In this document: positions 59,501-64,000 of the stretch, one piece after another | Layout of the letters: every line of letters starts with the position of its first letter | How positions within the stretch are numbered: the stretch's first letter is position 1 | Assembly (NCBI RefSeq): GCF_026571515.1 | Contig: NW_026859562.1 | Location: 372,001-436,000, forward strand | Reading direction: 5' to 3' | DNA length: 64,000 bases | DNA from: Ruditapes philippinarum | Lineage: Eukaryota | Notes under the pieces: model-generated | The model's database searches: none | The model's input: only the letters and a program-made list of their open reading frames with translations | What the model was told of the DNA's origin: nothing | Translations under genes and position numbers: made by a program

Positions 59501-60434
59501 GATGAGTTCGAAATCGCATGTGAAACTAGGTCACCGGAGCTAAAAATAGAAAAATCTTGTTAACACTCTAGTTGCTACTGTTTTGATCCAAGTATCCTGG
59601 AAATTGGTCTGAAAGTTTGTTTTGATGATTTCTAGGTCAAGTTTGAATATGTGTCACCTGGGTAAAAAAACTAGGTCGCACTGCTCAAATATGGATAATC
59701 CTTGTTAACACTGTAGTGGTCACATTTTTGACTCACCTGTCATGAGACTTGGTCAGAATGCTTGTCTAGGTAATTGTTTGGATGAGTTTGATAATTCAGG
59801 TGAGCGATCTAGGGCCATCATGGCCCTCTTGTTTACTTTACATTTCCCATTTTATAGGTGGCGTTTGGTATTTAATGCACCACTTCCGTTTTCACTTAAT
59901 GGAACACGGCCCTTTAATTATTAAGCCAAACATTTCTAATTGTTCCGTTGTTGGAATACTCCTCCTAACTAGACATGACACTGAAAATTTCACTGATAGG
60001 TATAGAAATCTATATAAATTTTTAATTGTTTTTTATTTGATTTCCTTTTAAGTATACACATGAAGTACATAGCCTGGGGCAAGCGAAAGCCTAAGCCTTT
60101 GATTTCCCTGTATAAATCAAGTGTAATACTCAAGGAAAAACATCACTGAGTGATGCATATTGAATCCAAAACATAAGAATTTATCATTTTAAGAAAAGTA
60201 TTTAAATTTAAACTGTTTCACTTCACATCTCACAGGATAATCTCAGTGCATATGTTTTTTTATAGGTGCCTTTGTTTTATGGGCATATTTTCTATTAAAA
60301 TGCAATAATTTAGTAGTGAAAGGTGTCTTGTATATTTCCTTAACATTGATTCTCAGGTGAGCAAATTACAGTGGAGTCAGATGATGAGTTTCAATATGAA
60401 GAAGTACCCATTGATGAAGATTTTGTCACACCAG
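56570..60434 (+). CDS. SPAG16: Sperm-associated antigen 16 (PF20 axonemal central-pair WD40 protein), first two coding exons; the gene continues past the window
   Basis: Exons 56570-56609 and 60357-60434 splice (phase 1) to MAADPENEKFYLEREQITVESDDEFQYEEVPIDEDFVTP, resembling the remembered vertebrate SPAG16 segment YYLEQVTITEASEDDYEYEEIP. An X-box lies upstream. Confidence 0.75.
58180..59833 (-). mobile_element. HINE-like element with ~10 tandem 145-bp repeats, inserted into the element at 58148-60119
   Basis: Ends ttttagctcacctgagc..(cgtc)n and caggtgagcgatctagggccatcatggccctcttgtt. Period 145 (tgtgaacactctag at 58263, 58407, 58552). Confidence 0.85.
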
Positions 60435-61349
60435 GTATTACTTAACTAATATACATAGTCTGAAAGTTCTCTCATTGTTATAACAAAAAAAGGAAACACA
60501 CAATTATTAAAACAACATACTTGGAAAATAATTGAACTAATATACATGAATATACTTTTAAAAGAAAATATTGTTTTTAGGAGAATAAGATTAGTTATCA
60601 AAGTTATGTGACAAATGTGTCAAAATGATAAGTGTCTTAATTAAAGTCTGAGTCAGTGAATTCCAGAGTGTTATAATTATATTTAGAAAGTAGTTGTAAA
60701 TAATGCACAGTTCAAGTTCAGATGAGCAGTAATTATGAGTAATATGATTACTAATGATGACAGTTAACTGTCACAGTAGGACATTCAAAATATTTGAAAA
60801 ATAAACCATGCATAATTTTACAACAATGCAGTGAAATTTGATTAATATTTCCATTCTAATATATATTTGTTTAAAGAGAATTAATATAAATATGTTGAAA
60901 TTCACTGAGCAGACATTATAAGTGTAAAACTTCAATGTCATTCATCTTTTAACTAACAAACAGATGATCCAAATTGTAAGTATGAACAAGGATTTTCAAT
61001 TTAAAAATTATTTTGTAGCGTGATAGTATTTGTGTAGCCGTCACAAGCTTTCATTTCACCAAATGTACATTTTATTTATTTTTTAGCTGTAAATTTGAAT
61101 TTATGATATTGATTATGTATTGTAGACCTGCCTTTGTTAAGTATGTATATTTTGCTTCTACATTTCTGTGCATGGCAAAATTCACAAAATATTTTAGACT
61201 TATTTGTGTTTTATAGGTATAAATGATTTTCAATACTTCTTATAAGATAAAGAATTGCCATCTTTTGCTGTACATCACTGGGTCTATTAAACCTTGGCTA
61301 AAAAGTCTTTCAAAACTGAGGAAAGTCCTTGTTTTTGGCAAGTGCTGTA

Positions 61350-63355
61350 TAAGCCATGCAACAGTTGACTTTCCATAGGAAATAGTGACTTCCATAGCAA
61401 CTTTTGACTTTCCCTAGCAACTTTTGACTTTTTAAGTAGCCTGAGTGACTCCTATAGAAACAAGTGACTTCCACAGCAACCATTGACATACACAGCAACC
61501 ATTTACTTACATAGTAACCGTTGACTTACATAGCAACCATTGACTTACATAGTAACCATTGACTTACATATAGCAACCATTGACTTACTTGTAGTAACCA
61601 TTGACTTACACAGTAACCATTGACTTACATATAGTAACCATTGACTTACATATAGTAACCATTGACTTACAAAGCAACCATTGACTTACATAGTAACCAT
61701 TGACTTACATAGCAACCATTGACTTACATTTAGTAACCATTGACTTACATAGAAGCCATTGACTTACATACAGTAACCATTGACTTACATAGTAGCCATT
61801 GACTTACATATAGTAACCATTGACTTACATAACAACCATCGACTTACATAGCAACCATTGACTTACATAGAAACCATTGACTTACATAGTAACCATTGAC
61901 TTATATAGTAACCATTGACTTACATAGTAACCATTGACTTACATAGCAACCGTTGACTTACACATAGTAACCATTGACTTACAAAGCAACCATTGACTTA
62001 CATATAGTAACCATTGACTTACAGAGCAACCATTGACGTAATTACAGAGCAACCATTGACTTACAAAACAACCATTGACTTACATATAACCATTGACTTA
62101 CATATAGTAACCATTGACTTACACAGCAACCATTGACTTACAATACAACCATTGACTTAACATAGTAACCATTGACTTACAAAGTAACCATTGTCTTACA
62201 TAGTTACCATTAACTTACATAGCAACCATTGACTTACATATAGTAACCATTGACTTACATAGTAACCATTGACTTACATAGCAACCATTGACTTACATAG
62301 CAACCATTGACTGACATAGTAACCATTGACTTACATAACAACCATTGACTTACATAGCAACCATTAACTTACACAGTAACCACTGACTTACATATTAACC
62401 ATTGACTTACAAAGTAACCATTGGCTTACACAGTAACCATTGACTAACATAGTAACAATTGACTTACATAGTAACCATTGACTTACAAAGTAACCATTGA
62501 CTTACATAGCAACCATTGACTTACATAGCAACCATAAAAAAGTAACCATTGACTAACACATTGTAACCATTGACTTACAAAGTAACCATTGGCTTACATA
62601 GTAATCATTGACTTACATAGTAACCATTGACTAACATAGTAACCATTGACTTACACAGCAACCATTGACTTACATAGTAACCATTGACTTACATAGTAAC
62701 CATTGACTTACATAGCAACCATTGACTTACATGTAGTAACCATTGACATACATAACAACCATTGACTTACATAGCAACCATTGACTTACAAATTAACCAT
62801 TGACTGGCACATAGTAACCATTGATTTACACAGCAACCATTGATTAAATAGTAACCATTGATTTACATAACAACCATTGATTTACATAGCAACCATTGAC
62901 TTACATAGTAACCATTGACTTTCATATAGTTACCATTGACTTACATATAGTAACCATTGACTTACATATAGCAACCATTGACTTACATAGTAACCATTGA
63001 CCCTTATATAGTAACCATTGGCTTACATAGTAACCATTGGCTTACATAGTAACCATTGACTTACATAGTAACCATTGACTTACATAGTAACCATTGGCTA
63101 AAATAGCAACCATTGACTAACATAACAACTATTTATTTACATAGCAACCATTGACTTACATAGCAACCTGTGAGTCCCATAGCAATCAATGACTTTTTGT
63201 AGCAACCATTGACTTCTATAGCAACTGTTGGCTTTCCTTAACCACTAGTGACTTCCATACCAACAATTGATTTCCATAGTGACTAGTGACTTTACATGTG
63301 CACTATTTCAGATGCAGATTTAAATTTTGATTCCAGTTGACCTAGATTTTGACCA
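61350..63355 (-). repeat. 19-bp minisatellite (ttgacttacatag[c/t]aacca; ~85-90 homogeneous copies at 61480-63170) with degenerate flanking units
   Basis: Direct reading of 19-21 bp units. Confidence 0.95.
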
Positions 63356-64000
63356 AATACATGCTTTTCATTCATTTTTTGAGCCCTTACAGTCCAGTGG
63401 GCTATACTATATTAGGACCATCATGGTCTTCTTGTTTAATTTTATAACATTTGCATAATTCAAGAAAGTTTACTCCAATATTCATAGCCAACTTTGCTGT
63501 TAAATTAAAGGTTGAGGTTTCCATGGTCACAAAATTGCTTTCAGTTATTTCAGTTGTAATGTTATAACAGAAAAATGCGATATTTAGTGAAAGATACAAC
63601 TTAAGTCTAAAATGATTATTTTGTGAAGTTAAATTTTGCACACAATTGTATAGCATTTTTTTTGTGTGAGAAGAAAATATTTGGTTTTGCACAAAGTATA
63701 GCATGATGTAGATATATAGCTTCAATTTTGATGGAATATCCTATCAGTCAATGCACAAGGTGTTTTCAAAGATTTGATATGTATTCTGGTTTAGAGGCAC
63801 TTTTCTTGTGTGTGTTTTTTCACATTGTTTAAGCAAATTATTATTTTTATTATTGTTATTATTATTTTTATTATCATTATTTTGAGTTTTAAGCGATCCA
63901 AACTTATGTTTATTGGCTTGACATTAGCTTATTTTAATCTATTACACTGTAAATTGTATCCCTACTTGAAATTTTACCTTAAAGGTTATAGTCTAAATTG

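Overview
AT-rich, intron-containing animal genomic DNA. The repeat families and gene content suggest a bivalve mollusc, but that is inference. Five genes were spliced by hand with GT-AG junctions and consistent phases. Two are head-to-head paralogous C2H2 zinc-finger genes (minus 12983-21085, ~662 aa; plus 29139-34874, ~772 aa) sharing an unnamed N-terminal zinc-finger/GSY..TAYPK..TQT module. The others are a GGACT-like gene (minus 40025-43063, 151 aa), a strongly divergent DNA primase large subunit (PRIM2-like) gene transcribed away from it (plus 46665-54366, ~614 aa), and the first two coding exons of SPAG16/PF20 (from 56570). The first ~8.7 kb is a tandem duplication of a decayed secreted Cys-rich (Lustrin/WR1-like) gene, with the left copy corrupted by homopolymer errors. 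The rest is dense with SINEs, MITEs, Helentron/HINE-like elements carrying 145-175 bp satellite arrays, a Ty3/Gypsy gag-pro relic and LINE fragments. The leading candidates for something new are the PRIM2 paralog, the zinc-finger family module with LC8-type TQT motifs, a 43-bp minisatellite built from the GGACT splice donor, and inverted 19-bp arrays of RFX half-sites around the SPAG16 promoter. Family assignments come from remembered motifs; no database search was run.
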